Source of the DNA: Blastocatellia bacterium
Lineage (GTDB): Bacteria > Acidobacteriota > Blastocatellia > DASRDY01
DNA length: 64,000 nucleotides
Reading direction: 5' to 3'
Assembly: GCA_035652355.1 (NCBI GenBank)
Contig: DASRDY010000285.1
Span: forward strand, 24,300-88,299
Shown piece after piece: positions 31,245 to 41,779 of the stretch. The notes beneath the pieces are model-generated. The model was given only the letters and a program-made list of their open reading frames with translations. It had not been told where the DNA came from and did no database searches. Position numbers and translations under genes: made by a program. Within the stretch, counting starts at the first letter, position 1. The number at the start of each line of letters is the position of its first letter.

Positions 31245-32471
31245 TTAATGACTTGCCAGTTTGGAAATCAACTTGAACAGTGGCAGGTACATTGCAATAA
31301 CGATGCTGCCGATGGTGATTCCCAGGAATCCGATCATTGCTGGCTCTAACATTGTCAACATCGATTTGACCGCGGTGTCCACTTCCTGTTCGTAGAAATC
31401 AGCGATCTTCGATAACATCGCATCCATAGCGCCAGTCGCTTCGCCGACGCCGATCATCTGCGAAACCATCGCAGGGAAGATCTGGGATGCCTTTAACGGC
31501 TCGACCATGGTTTGACCGCGTTCGATTGCCAGGCGGACTTTGCGGACCGCTTCCATAATTACAACGTTACCGGCGGTTCGACTGGTTATGTCCAATGACT
31601 CGAGGATCGGTACGCCCGACGAGAGCATCGTAGCCAGCGTTCGCGAGAATCTGGCAATTGCGATTTTTTTGAGCAGCGGTCCGATAATCGGAGCCTTCAG
31701 CATTATTGTATCAATGGTTTTGCGCCCACCGTCTGTTTTGTAGTAGGCCTTTATGCCCATTATTGCTGCGCCGATTACCAGGGCAATCAGCCACCAGTAA
31801 GACGCCATAAATGCGCTGATGGCAACGACAATCTCTGTCGGCAACGGCAGTGCCTCACCAGGGCCGACCATCGATTCGAAAATCTTTCTGAATGACGGAA
31901 TAACCCAGATCATGATTACCGCGATAACACCGACCGAGATCACGATGACCGATACCGGATAAATCATTGCCGATTTGACGTCGCCCTTCAACTTGACCAT
32001 CTTTTCGATGTAGACCGACAGTCGTTGCAGCACGATGTCCAGAATACCTGCGGCTTCACCTGCCGCCAGCATGTTCACATACAATGCCTCGAAGGCTCGT
32101 GGATGCTTGGCTGCGGCGTCAGACAGCGTCATACCGGCTTCGACGTCTGCACGGACTTGACCCAGGACAGCGCGGAATGTTTTGTTTTCCTGCTGCTGGC
32201 CTAACAGGTCCAGGCATTGCACCAGCGGCAAACCGGCGTCGATCATAATCGAGAACTGACGGGTAAATATCGCCAGGTCTTTATCCGGCACCTTCTTACC
32301 GCCGCCGCTCAGTTTCGGCAGAGCTATCTGTTTGCCTTTTTCGCGCGCGTTGGACAGTACGATCTGTTCTCTGCGCAGCATCATCTCCAGAGCGCCGCGA
32401 CTTGGCGCCATTCGCTCTCCGGATACGACTTCGTTAAAACGATTGCGACCTTTAAATACGTAAGTTGGCAT
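31245..32471 (-). CDS. pilC: Type IV pilus assembly platform protein PilC (GspF family)
   Basis: Two T2SSF repeats are present (FTRQFSIMIDAGLPL.., FSRTLATMLSSGVPIL..) with 3 TM segments, for a total of 408 aa. Confidence 0.9.
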   Translation of the reverse strand: MPTYVFKGRNRFNEVVSGERMAPSRGALEMMLRREQIVLSNAREKGKQIALPKLSGGGKKVPDKDLAIFTRQFSIMIDAGLPLVQCLDLLGQQQENKTFRAVLGQVRADVEAGMTLSDAAAKHPRAFEALYVNMLAAGEAAGILDIVLQRLSVYIEKMVKLKGDVKSAMIYPVSVIVISVGVIAVIMIWVIPSFRKIFESMVGPGEALPLPTEIVVAISAFMASYWWLIALVIGAAIMGIKAYYKTDGGRKTIDTIMLKAPIIGPLLKKIAIARFSRTLATMLSSGVPILESLDITSRTAGNVVIMEAVRKVRLAIERGQTMVEPLKASQIFPAMVSQMIGVGEATGAMDAMLSKIADFYEQEVDTAVKSMLTMLEPAMIGFLGITIGSIVIAMYLPLFKLISKLASH

Positions 32472-32677
32472 GCTATTTCACCTACACTACAAGGCAGATT
32501 CCAATTCTTTTCAGGTTGCAGGGATTCAGTGCTGTTGCTGTTCCCCTTCTTCTTTGTTTTCTGTTCGGGGCGACCCTGAACATAAACTTGCTTTCTGGTT
32601 CTCTCTCGAATACTTCTTTCGCGATCATCCCGCGATTTTGTTCGTAAACATTCGTTTCAAATAACGCGAATTCGCTG

Positions 32678-33859
32678 CTATTTTCCAAGCCTGCTAAACG
32701 GCGCGCCCTGCGGTCGCGGGGTGCTTGGCGGAGGCATCTGTGCGCCGCCTCCACTCTGTCTTGCGCCACCTCCGTGAATCAGTCCCGATCCACGGTTTAT
32801 CAACTCCTGTAATTCTTCCTGGTTCGATGATCTCGCCAGAGCCAGTTCCAGGGTAATCTGTTTTTGCATATACAGGGTCGCCAACGATTGGTTCAGCGTC
32901 TGCATCCCGTATTTTTCCTGACCGGTCTGCATCATCGAATAGATCTGGTGGATCTTGTCTTCTCGGATCAGGTTACGAACGGCTGCGTTCGGAATCAGGA
33001 TCTCCATCGCCATCACACGACCACTGCCGCTGGTAGTTGGCAACAGCGTCTGGCACATTACACCTTCCAGAACCAGTGAAAGCTGAGTTCGGATCTGCGC
33101 CTGCTGGTGCGAAGGGAAGATGTCGATGACGCGGTTGATGGTCGAATATGCCGAATTCGTGTGCAGCGTTCCAAAAGTTAAGTGACCAGTCTCTGCAATT
33201 CGCAAGGCAGATTCAACAGTTTCAAGGTCGCGCATTTCACCGATCAGCACGACGTCCGGATCCTGACGAAGGGCGGCTCTAAGCGCGTTCGAGAACGATT
33301 CCGTGTCCGCATGGACTTCGCGCTGGTTAACCAGACAACTCTTGTGCGGATGCAGGAATTCGATCGGGTCTTCGATTGTCAGAATGTGCTCGTGACGCTC
33401 CATGTTGATCTTGTCGATCATCGCGGCCAGCGTCGTCGATTTACCCGAACCAGTAGGACCGGTGACAAGGATCAAGCCGCGTGGCTTTTCGCAAAGCTTT
33501 TGCACTACCGGCGGCAAACCCAGGGCATCGAAGCTCTTGATTTCATACGGAATAACGCGGAAAACTGCGCCCACCGCGCCGCGCTGGTTAAAGAGGTTGG
33601 CTCGGAATCGGGCAACGCCTTTGATGCCGAAAGAGAAATCGAGCTCCAGGGCCTCTTCGAATCTGTGCTTTTGGGAGTCAGTCAAAACGGAATACGCAAG
33701 CTGCTTGGTATCGACGGGCGTTAGCTCTGCATAGCCCACCAGTGGTGATAAATGTCCGTGCACCCGGACTTGAGGTGCAGAGCTGGTCGCCAGGTGCAAG
33801 TCTGATCCACCCATTTCGACCATCTTCTTTAACAATTCGCTGAGCGACAGATTAGGCAT
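32678..33859 (-). CDS. pilT: Type IV pilus retraction ATPase PilT, with a ~45-aa Gly/Pro-rich C-terminal tail
   Basis: Motifs are GSDLHL, Walker A TGPTGSGKSTT, the Asp and His boxes, and the AIRNLIRE-like AVRNLIREDK motif. The tail is GSGLIHGGGARQSGGGAQMPPPSTPRPQGAPFSRLGK. Confidence 0.9.
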   Translation of the reverse strand: MPNLSLSELLKKMVEMGGSDLHLATSSAPQVRVHGHLSPLVGYAELTPVDTKQLAYSVLTDSQKHRFEEALELDFSFGIKGVARFRANLFNQRGAVGAVFRVIPYEIKSFDALGLPPVVQKLCEKPRGLILVTGPTGSGKSTTLAAMIDKINMERHEHILTIEDPIEFLHPHKSCLVNQREVHADTESFSNALRAALRQDPDVVLIGEMRDLETVESALRIAETGHLTFGTLHTNSAYSTINRVIDIFPSHQQAQIRTQLSLVLEGVMCQTLLPTTSGSGRVMAMEILIPNAAVRNLIREDKIHQIYSMMQTGQEKYGMQTLNQSLATLYMQKQITLELALARSSNQEELQELINRGSGLIHGGGARQSGGGAQMPPPSTPRPQGAPFSRLGK

Positions 33860-33876
33860 AACAGCAGTTGTCCCTT

Positions 33877-35649
33877 TCAGTATTTGACCGTTTCACGCAG
33901 AACTTCTTCGACCGTTGTGACGCCGCGACGCAGTTTCTCCAAACCTGAGCCGCGAAGCGACAGCATTCCTTCTTCGATAGCTTTCTTGCGCAATTCCAAA
34001 GCCGATGCGCCGATCAGTATCAGTTCGCGCAATTCGTCCGTAATTTCCATGACTTCGTAAAGACCGATTCGGCCTCTATAACCGGTGTTATTGCAGTTGC
34101 CACAGCCTTTGCCTTTAAAAGTCTGAATACTTCCCGCCTCGTCTTTCGAAAAACCCAGGTCCACTAGTGCCTGCGGTGGCGTATGTTGAACTTCTTTGCA
34201 CTGGGGGCAAACGCGACGGATCAGTCTCTGAGCCTGAATCAAGTTGACCGAAGTCGCGACCAGGAATGGTTCGATACCCATATTCATCAGTCGGCTGATG
34301 GTTGATGGCGCGTCGTTCGTGTGCAGAGTCGAGAGCACAAGGTGACCGGTGAGTGCTGCCTTCACAGCGATTTCCGCCGTTTCAAAGTCTCGGATTTCAC
34401 CGACCAGGATGATATTGGGGTCCTGACGCAGGAAAGATCTCAAGGCAGCGGCGAAATTGAGTCCGATCTGTTCCTTAATCTGAACCTGGTTGATACCGGG
34501 CAGATTGAATTCGACCGGATCTTCCGCAGTCATAATGTTAGTGTCGATTGTATTCAAACTCGACAGGGCAGAGTACAAAGTGTTTGTCTTACCAGAACCG
34601 GTAGGACCGGTTACCAGCACCATTCCGTATGGCTTCACGATGTTCCGCTGGAAACGGGCGAGCGAATCCTCTTCAAAACCAAGCTTGGTCATATCAAGCA
34701 TCAGTTTGTCTTTATCAAGGAGTCGGAGCACGATTTTTTCGCCGAACAGAGTTGGCAGCGTCGAAACGCGGAAGTCGAGCTCGCGCGAACGATCATCGAG
34801 TTTGACCTTGATCTTAATACGTCCGTCTTGCGGCAGTCGCTTTTCAGCGATGTCAAGTTTGGACATGATCTTGACACGCGAAGTCAGCGAATCGCGAAGC
34901 TTGAGCGGCGGGTTCATTATGTTGTACAGGACGCCGTCAATACGGTATCGAATGCGAAACTCTTTTTCATAGGGCTCGATGTGAATGTCTGACGCTCCGC
35001 GTCTGAGCGCATCGACCAGAACCACGTTTGCCAGTTTGACTACCGGAGCTTCTTCCGAAGATCTTTCGAGAGCTGCAATGTCGATTTCGTCTTCTTCGTT
35101 GAGAACGTCGAGAGTTGGTTCTTCGAACTCGTCGAAATCGACCGTCATCGTCTGCTGGCCAAATCCGTCAGTCGGACCTGAGGCAGGCGAGTCAGTTCCC
35201 GGGCGGGCAAGCTCCAGTTCGCGCGTTGCGCCGTAGAACTTTTCAAAGACAGCCTGAAATGCAGCTTCAGAGACGATGACAGGCTCGACAGAGAGCCCGG
35301 TCATGAACTTGATATCATCAATGGCGAAAACGTTGGTGGGATCGACCATCGCCAGGGTGAGCGTCGCTCCAACCCGTGACAACGGCAGAACCATGTATTT
35401 TGCCGCAACATCCTGCGGGACCAGCTTTACTGCTGTGCGATCAACTTCAAAAAATGACAGATTGACAGAAGGAACGCCATATTGCCGGCTGAGGTGCCTG
35501 GCGATCTCGTTATCTTCAATGATTCCAAGTTTTACAAGTGTTGTTCCGAGTCGGCCACCGTTTGTCCGCTGATATTCCAGAGCTTCTTTTAACTGCTGAG
35601 CCGAAATCAGGTTCTCGCGCAGTAATGACTCGCCCAATTTCGTTGACAT
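33877..35649 (-). CDS. pilB: Type IV pilus assembly ATPase PilB (GspE family) with N-terminal MshEN-like domain
   Basis: The N-terminal T2SSE_N pattern is followed by Walker A TGPTGSGKTNT and the tetracysteine motif CPQC...CGNC. Confidence 0.9.
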   Translation of the reverse strand: MSTKLGESLLRENLISAQQLKEALEYQRTNGGRLGTTLVKLGIIEDNEIARHLSRQYGVPSVNLSFFEVDRTAVKLVPQDVAAKYMVLPLSRVGATLTLAMVDPTNVFAIDDIKFMTGLSVEPVIVSEAAFQAVFEKFYGATRELELARPGTDSPASGPTDGFGQQTMTVDFDEFEEPTLDVLNEEDEIDIAALERSSEEAPVVKLANVVLVDALRRGASDIHIEPYEKEFRIRYRIDGVLYNIMNPPLKLRDSLTSRVKIMSKLDIAEKRLPQDGRIKIKVKLDDRSRELDFRVSTLPTLFGEKIVLRLLDKDKLMLDMTKLGFEEDSLARFQRNIVKPYGMVLVTGPTGSGKTNTLYSALSSLNTIDTNIMTAEDPVEFNLPGINQVQIKEQIGLNFAAALRSFLRQDPNIILVGEIRDFETAEIAVKAALTGHLVLSTLHTNDAPSTISRLMNMGIEPFLVATSVNLIQAQRLIRRVCPQCKEVQHTPPQALVDLGFSKDEAGSIQTFKGKGCGNCNNTGYRGRIGLYEVMEITDELRELILIGASALELRKKAIEEGMLSLRGSGLEKLRRGVTTVEEVLRETVKY

Positions 35650-36149
35650 TTCCTCTTCAGCTCCTAAATTGCTGTTATTGTTTTGTTAATGCTCTCAGGC
35701 GCGACTAGTTCCTCAGCGGAGCAAAAAGCCCACCCCGATTCTCATATCGGCAGGAACCTTGAAATGGTTAGAACAAGAAATAAGGTTGCGCGGCCAAACC
35801 TGACACGGGAAATTTATCGTCCGACGGATTGCGGAATCCCGATAAACGACCAGGTATGGTGGTTATCGGCAAAGTGATAATCGTGGCGTAGACTTTAGCC
35901 TGCGCCAAATATCGAACTTCCCGGGATCAATGGAAACAGCTCATGTGTGCCATTTTGTATCACAAGAAATCGAGTTTTGTTAAATGGTGTCACACTGTCA
36001 CAGCGAAGCGAAGCGCTTTACTTTCTATAGTTAAGGCTGTGACACCCCAGCGTGACGCTCAAAATCAGGGCCCAAGTGATGCCACGAGTTTGCGCGTTCG
36101 GGGATTCGATGCTATTAGTTCTAAAACCTGATTTCTGGAGATCGATGTT

Positions 36150-36602
36150 TTGGACACAAACAGCATAATCGGCCAGTTGAAAGATTTAAGCTCAGCCAGC
36201 GGCAATCGCGACGAGACTCTTAAAGAAGCCGTCCGTCTGATCCACGCCAGCAACCCCAGATACAACTGGACTGGCATTTATTTGCTGGAGGGCGACACCC
36301 TGGTTCTGCACAATTATATTGGGAAGCCAACCGAACACACCCATATACAGGTCGGAGTCGGTGTATGCGGAACCGCAGTAGCTGAAACTAGGGATATTAA
36401 TGTTGAGGACGTGACAAAACTCGATAATTACCTGGCCTGCAGCCTTGAAACGCGAGCGGAAATTGTTGTTTTAATTAAAGATAGCGAGAAGATTTACGGT
36501 CAGATAGATATCGATAGCGACACGCCAGGAGCCTTTACAGACCATGATGAGCAATTCCTTGGTAAAATAGCCGACCACCTCGCCACGATTCTTGGCGTTT
36601 GA
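36150..36602 (+). CDS. GAF-domain protein, free methionine-(R)-sulfoxide reductase-like
   Basis: YIGKPTEHTHIQVGVGVCGTAVAE...YLACSLETRAEIVVLI matches the YebR/fRMsr-type GAF pattern (GxGVCG, conserved Cys). The start is TTG 36150, with GGAG 9 nt upstream. Confidence 0.7.
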   Translation: MDTNSIIGQLKDLSSASGNRDETLKEAVRLIHASNPRYNWTGIYLLEGDTLVLHNYIGKPTEHTHIQVGVGVCGTAVAETRDINVEDVTKLDNYLACSLETRAEIVVLIKDSEKIYGQIDIDSDTPGAFTDHDEQFLGKIADHLATILGV

Positions 36603-36783
36603 CGTTGCTAACACATTGTCCTTTCGAGACATCTTTATATCAGAGTGCTGGAAACCTTGAGCAGACTTGAATTGGAGCCTGCTGCATAAAATCCAATCGG
36701 CACATTATTTGAAAACATTTTCAATTCACCTGTCGTAAGACGGTTTGTTCCCAGCAGGTCAATCTGACCGGAAGCCCAGTGTT

Positions 36784-38028
36784 ATGAAAAGCGTTTATTC
36801 ATTTTATGCAGACGCCGCCATTATCGCTTTGCAGTCAATTCTTGCGCACAAGCTCCGTGCATTTCTAACACTGATCGGAATAATTATTGGCGTCGCATCG
36901 GTGATTCTGGTAGCCGCCTCGATTGACGGTCTCAACTCTTATGTGACGGAAACCGTTTCCAAGGTTCTGGGTGCTAACCATTTCATGATCTCAAGGATTG
37001 CATTCGTCGGGAATGTTTCTCAAGAAGACTTCGAGAAGATGGATCGCCGCAATAAGCGCCTGACCTGGGAGGATCTGGACTGGCTGATTAACGAATGCAC
37101 CACGTGCAGCGAGGTCGGGGCAGAAGCCCAAACCAGACGCGACCTGAAGGAAAACGGCCAGGACTTATTCGGTACTCAGATTATCGGTGACACAGCTAAT
37201 ATGGCGGAAATCACCGACAAAACCATTTCTGAGGGCCGATTTCTGCTCCCCCACGAGGTTACTCATTCGGAATGGGTTTGCGTTATCGGCAACGACGTTC
37301 GCGAGAAATTCTTTCCCGGACAGAATCCCATCGATAAGACAGTGAAAATTGACGGGATGCCGATGCGAATTGTAGGCGTCGAAGAGAAGCGCGGCACAAT
37401 GTTCGGCAATTCGCTGGACAACATGGTGTACATACCGTTAACCAGTTTTGAGCGATTGTTCGGTCGGCGCTGGACTCTGCAGCTTCACGGAAAAGCCTCC
37501 AACCACGATGACTTCCAGTCAACTATCGAAGAAGCGCGAATGTCCATGCGCATCAAGCACAAGCTGAAGAGCAACGAAGAAGATGACTTCGGTCTGGTCA
37601 ATGTCGAGCAGGTTAACAATCAGGTTGATCAGTTCACCGGCGCAATCGCAACAGTAGTTGTCCCAATAACTTTTATCTCTCTCGTTGTCGGCGGCATTGT
37701 CGTGATGAACATTATGCTGGTCAGCGTCACGGAGAGGACTTTCGAAATCGGTCTTCGCAAAGCGCTCGGAGCCAGAAAAAGGCAGATACTGCTCCAGTTT
37801 CTGATCGAGTCATCATTTTTAACGACCGTTGGAGGTGCGATCGGTATTTTGGCCGCGATAGGAATTGCCAGGCTTATTACGTATGGGACCGGGATAACTA
37901 TGACGGTAAGTATTTTTTACGTAGTGCTGTCGGTGGCATTTTCGGGCGGAATCGGGATTATCGCTGGCCTTTATCCGGCTATGAAAGCCGCGAAACTGGA
38001 TCCGATCGTAGCTTTAACCAAGAACTAA
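36784..38028 (+). CDS. MacB/FtsX-type ABC transporter permease
   Basis: It has an N-terminal TM segment, a periplasmic MacB_PCD-like domain and a C-terminal FtsX block ([24 protein letters not shown]...LDPIVAL). The start could be ATG 36784 or TTG 36745. Confidence 0.85.
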   Translation: MKSVYSFYADAAIIALQSILAHKLRAFLTLIGIIIGVASVILVAASIDGLNSYVTETVSKVLGANHFMISRIAFVGNVSQEDFEKMDRRNKRLTWEDLDWLINECTTCSEVGAEAQTRRDLKENGQDLFGTQIIGDTANMAEITDKTISEGRFLLPHEVTHSEWVCVIGNDVREKFFPGQNPIDKTVKIDGMPMRIVGVEEKRGTMFGNSLDNMVYIPLTSFERLFGRRWTLQLHGKASNHDDFQSTIEEARMSMRIKHKLKSNEEDDFGLVNVEQVNNQVDQFTGAIATVVVPITFISLVVGGIVVMNIMLVSVTERTFEIGLRKALGARKRQILLQFLIESSFLTTVGGAIGILAAIGIARLITYGTGITMTVSIFYVVLSVAFSGGIGIIAGLYPAMKAAKLDPIVALTKN

Positions 38029-38038
38029 CGGTGCATCG

Positions 38039-39298
38039 ATGAAGATCAGGTGGAACAGATTCTTTCCGATTGAAACAATACTGATGGCACTCGCCAACCT
38101 GCGCGGAAACAAATTCCGTAGCATACTGACGGTGGTCGGCATCGTCATCGGTGTGCTGACGGTTATCGTGATTGCCTCGCTTTTGACAGGCGTTCGTAAC
38201 AATATTGTTCAGATCGTCGAAGAATATGGCGTCAACAACATCTATGCATTTCACCTTTCAACCGGACCTAGGATCGGAAATCGCGATCGAAGTGAATACA
38301 AGCGGAAACCGTTAACCTCAGAAGACGGCGACGTCATAAGGGCGCAGGCAAGCGCGGTGGAAGATGTTGCGAACACCGCTTTTGTTTGGGGAATCGACAA
38401 TACGATCTCTTACAACGGATTTACGTACAAGCAAGCCGATCTTCAGGGCGCGTCACCGAGTTATGCCCGGGTAGCCAACCTGTCGATTCGCGAAGGACGC
38501 TTTTTCAACGACATCGACGATGATCACCGGCGCAACGTGATGGTCCTGGGTGTAAACGCCGCCAACGCTATGTTTCCCAACAGCTCGAAAATCGCGGGCT
38601 CTGAAGTTCAGATGGCCGGCAAAACCTGGGAAGTCGTCGGTGTGCTGGAAAAGAGGAAAGGTTCGTTTTTTGGCGAAAATGAAGAGGACAACTTAGTCCT
38701 GATACCATTCCAAACCGTTCGCAAGCTTTCAGCGCGCAGTGACTTCGTAATGCTGGTTATTCGAGCAAAGACGGGGCAGTTGCCTCAGGCCATGGATCAG
38801 ATCGAAGAGATACTTCGGCGGCAGCGCGGTGTAAAATTCAACGAGCCAAACAATTTTGATCTCGGAACCGCTGACCGTTTCATTGAGCAGTTCGATAGTA
38901 TATTCGGAGCGATTGGTCTGATCGCCATTGCGATCTCCAGCGTTGGATTGCTGGTCGGCGGAATCGGCGTGATGAATATCATGTTGGTCAGTGTGACAGA
39001 GCGTACACGCGAGATCGGCGTGCGCAAAGCTATCGGCGCCCGTCGCCGTGACATAGTGAGTCAGTTCCTGTTTGAAGCAATGACATTGACTTTTATGGGT
39101 GGCTTGATTGGAGTCGTTCTGGCCATCGGAATCAGTTACCTGTTGATGTTGCTGCTGCCAAGCCTGCCGGCTTCGATTCCATTGTGGGCAATAGTCGCGG
39201 GGCTTGGCGTGTCAATCGCAGTCGGTTTGATCTTTGGTGTTTGGCCTGCGAGGAAGGCATCTCGACTCGATCCCATCGAGGCGCTTCGTTATGAATGA
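38039..39298 (+). CDS. MacB/FtsX-type ABC transporter permease (paralogue of the preceding gene)
   Basis: The architecture is the same: [24 protein letters not shown]...RLDPIEALRYE. No ATPase gene is adjacent. Confidence 0.85.
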   Translation: MKIRWNRFFPIETILMALANLRGNKFRSILTVVGIVIGVLTVIVIASLLTGVRNNIVQIVEEYGVNNIYAFHLSTGPRIGNRDRSEYKRKPLTSEDGDVIRAQASAVEDVANTAFVWGIDNTISYNGFTYKQADLQGASPSYARVANLSIREGRFFNDIDDDHRRNVMVLGVNAANAMFPNSSKIAGSEVQMAGKTWEVVGVLEKRKGSFFGENEEDNLVLIPFQTVRKLSARSDFVMLVIRAKTGQLPQAMDQIEEILRRQRGVKFNEPNNFDLGTADRFIEQFDSIFGAIGLIAIAISSVGLLVGGIGVMNIMLVSVTERTREIGVRKAIGARRRDIVSQFLFEAMTLTFMGGLIGVVLAIGISYLLMLLLPSLPASIPLWAIVAGLGVSIAVGLIFGVWPARKASRLDPIEALRYE

Positions 39299-39323
39299 AG
39301 TAGCGCCAACGTCTTCGATCGCG

Positions 39324-39716
39324 CTACTTTTGCCAGGCGGACAGCGCCAGCAAAAACCATCCTGCCAAAAACAGTAATCCTCCGATCGGAGTGATTGCGC
39401 CCAGCCACCGGGTTCCAGTTATACTCAAAATATAAAGGCTCCCGCTGAAGAAGACGGTCCCCAGCACAAACGCCCATCCGGCCCAGGCGGTTAGGCTGTT
39501 TTGCCGATGAACATATGCCCAGGCGACCGCGAGCAGCGCCAGCGCGTGATACATCTGATACCTCGCGCCTGTTTCAAAAACGGTAAGCATCTCGGGACTG
39601 ATACGACTTCTTAAACCGTGAGCGCCAAACGCTCCCATTGCGACTGAGATCAAAGCGGAGATGCTTCCAAGAGTGAAGAAGGTTCTATCCATATGGGAAT
39701 ACCTCTGAGTTTGCAT
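39324..39716 (-). CDS. DUF423-family small membrane protein
   Basis: SVAMGAFGAHGL plus 4 TM segments fits DUF423. An internal ATG at 39692 is an alternative start. Confidence 0.75.
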   Translation of the reverse strand: MQTQRYSHMDRTFFTLGSISALISVAMGAFGAHGLRSRISPEMLTVFETGARYQMYHALALLAVAWAYVHRQNSLTAWAGWAFVLGTVFFSGSLYILSITGTRWLGAITPIGGLLFLAGWFLLALSAWQK

Positions 39717-39747
39717 GAGCCGCTTGAAATCTTAATCCCACACGGCG

Positions 39748-40536
39748 TCAAACCAAAGTGTTTCTGACGTAAACGGCCGGTAGAAGTTCGCCTGGCATTG
39801 GATCGTTTGCGTATCGCACTGCTTCGAGAAAGAGACCGGAAGGTGGCGCAGTCCATTTCGCCGTAGTCGAGGACTTTGTCGTGAGTAACTCTTTGATTGC
39901 ATCCGGCTTAATTTCGTTGCGGCCGATTTCGACAAGCGTCCCGACTACCCGCCTGACCATCTTCCACAAGAAATGCGAGGCTCCGATGCGAAACAGGATC
40001 AAGTCACCGCGCCATCCGATCTCACAGTGCGTCACCTCAACTAAGGTCGAAGATTGCTGAGCCGGAGATTCGGTAAACGACGCGAAATCGTGACGTCCAT
40101 GAATATGAGCAACAGCATTCTGCATTGCCTCAACATCTAATTTATCTTTGATCCACCAGACGAAAGGTTTTGCAAAAGCCGTTCGGCGCGTTGCGATCTG
40201 GTAGATGTAATAGCGTTCAACAGCATCATGCCTGGCGTGAAATCTGTTAGGGACCTCCACAACGGAACGGATGCAAATATCTGCCGGCAGTCGATCATTC
40301 AATTCGTGTTGAAACTTTGTGGATGGAACAATCTTTAATGCTTTGAGGTGCGCCACCTGGGCGAGCGCGTGTACTCCAGCGTCGGTGCGACCGGCGCCCG
40401 CAATGTCGACCTTATCGCCTAAATAAGCCTCGGACGCTTTACGGAGTTCTCCCTGGATTGTTCGAGCATTCGGCTGCTCCTGCCAGCCGTGATAGCGAGT
40501 TCCCTGGTACTCGATTGTCAGTTTCCATTTTGGCAT
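39748..40536 (-). CDS. truA: tRNA pseudouridine(38-40) synthase TruA
   Basis: KLTIEYQGTRYHGWQEQPN and the catalytic-Asp motif AGRTDAGVHA are present. Confidence 0.9.
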   Translation of the reverse strand: MPKWKLTIEYQGTRYHGWQEQPNARTIQGELRKASEAYLGDKVDIAGAGRTDAGVHALAQVAHLKALKIVPSTKFQHELNDRLPADICIRSVVEVPNRFHARHDAVERYYIYQIATRRTAFAKPFVWWIKDKLDVEAMQNAVAHIHGRHDFASFTESPAQQSSTLVEVTHCEIGWRGDLILFRIGASHFLWKMVRRVVGTLVEIGRNEIKPDAIKELLTTKSSTTAKWTAPPSGLFLEAVRYANDPMPGELLPAVYVRNTLV

Positions 40537-40558
40537 TCGGAAGGTGAGTCTATCACAT

Positions 40559-41533
40559 CTAACTGGCTAATCGCTTTGCCTCCAATTGTTGATAAACCGG
40601 CATTACCCATTTCTCAGTCATCTGGCGAACAAACTCTGATGCCTGTGATTGCTTTGCTTTGGTGTCGTCGGTGTACGGCGCGGATGGCCGCTTTGCGTGT
40701 AGAGTTGAAACCTTTTTCATAGCTTCGATCTCTTCGGCCGAAAATTCCGATCGAAAGACGGCTGGCAGATCCGTCAAGACAAAGTCAGGCAACTGTCGAT
40801 AATTTACCAGAACTGTTTTATCGTCGAGATGATCCAGACCGGCCTGACAGAATCGATTGAGACAAATAGCCAGATACTCTTCAAAGCGCATTTGAAAGAC
40901 AGACTGATAGTCTAATCCCAGGATTGCCGGATCGACCGCTGATGGCAGGAATTTCCCGGCAATTTCGTTCAGATTCGAAACCATTACCGGAACAGGATCG
41001 CGATAAAGGAATATTCTTGGGACATCAGGAAATGCCTGCTTGATCAATGGCAAATCAAGAACTGCCCAGTTATCGAACTTGACGAAGTAGCGATGCTCCT
41101 CACTGAATCGTTTTTGACCAAGAGCGCCTATAAGGCAGCGCAACAGCTCTACTCGTTGTTCATTTGAGAATTTCCTGGAACTTGCATTCGAACTGAAGAC
41201 CGCATCGACAATTTCCGGTTCCGAAATGACAACGTTTTGTGACGATGTTGCCAGCATCTGGGAGATTAACGTCGAGCCGCATCGAGACATATGGAAAATG
41301 AATCCAGTAGGCCGCAGTCCAGGATAGGTTTCGCAAAATTCCGTTAACTGCTCGATGCTTGTCTGATGCCTGAATAAAACATTGAACGGTCGTTGCAACA
41401 GCGACTCGACTGTGTCCTTGAAGAAAGGAAGCGTGAACCGCCTGTCGTAGGCGTAGCACCAATCAATCATTTGCTGCCCGTTCCTGGCATAAGATTGGAT
41501 TGGAATCCAACCTGCCAGCTGGTGGTGCTTCAC
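40559..41533 (-). CDS. Sulfotransferase-family protein (putative)
   Basis: PAPS-binding-like motifs are present: FHMSRCGSTLISQML (5'-PSB, RxGST) and FLYRDPVPVMVS (3'-PB, RDPxxxxxS). Its GTG start overlaps the upstream stop as GTGA. Confidence 0.6.
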   Translation of the reverse strand: MKHHQLAGWIPIQSYARNGQQMIDWCYAYDRRFTLPFFKDTVESLLQRPFNVLFRHQTSIEQLTEFCETYPGLRPTGFIFHMSRCGSTLISQMLATSSQNVVISEPEIVDAVFSSNASSRKFSNEQRVELLRCLIGALGQKRFSEEHRYFVKFDNWAVLDLPLIKQAFPDVPRIFLYRDPVPVMVSNLNEIAGKFLPSAVDPAILGLDYQSVFQMRFEEYLAICLNRFCQAGLDHLDDKTVLVNYRQLPDFVLTDLPAVFRSEFSAEEIEAMKKVSTLHAKRPSAPYTDDTKAKQSQASEFVRQMTEKWVMPVYQQLEAKRLAS

Positions 41534-41739
41534 TGATCGAGCCGCCTTTCAAACCATTTTCGCCTGCTTTCTCGGTACGCGGCCGCGACATCTTCCGCCG
41601 TGAAGCTGTAACCGCGCTGATTACCTGATTGGACGGTCAATTCGACGAACGCATTGTAGTCACGTTCGTTTCTGAGAATTTCCTGCAGTGCCACATCTTC
41701 CAGCACGAGCTTACGAAAATTTTCTAATTGCTCGGACAT
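41530..41739 (-). CDS. Nif11-domain small protein (69 aa)
   Basis: MSEQLENFRKLVLEDVALQEILRNERDYNAFVELTVQSGNQRGYSFTAEDV fits the Nif11 N-terminal domain pattern (MSxxxLxxFxxxVxxDxxLQexL...G..FTxEd). An 18-aa basic tail AAAYRESRRKWFERRLDQ follows. Confidence 0.6.
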   Translation of the reverse strand: MSEQLENFRKLVLEDVALQEILRNERDYNAFVELTVQSGNQRGYSFTAEDVAAAYRESRRKWFERRLDQ

Positions 41740-41779
41740 TGTGTTTAAGACCGAAGTTTTATCGAAGGGAATTCAAGTT

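Noticed and set aside
35925-35955. A sigma54-like TGGCAC...GCTG element on the minus strand upstream of pilB.
   Set aside because: The GG-to-GC spacing is 11 nt rather than the required 12, and the -12 element (GCTG) is poor.
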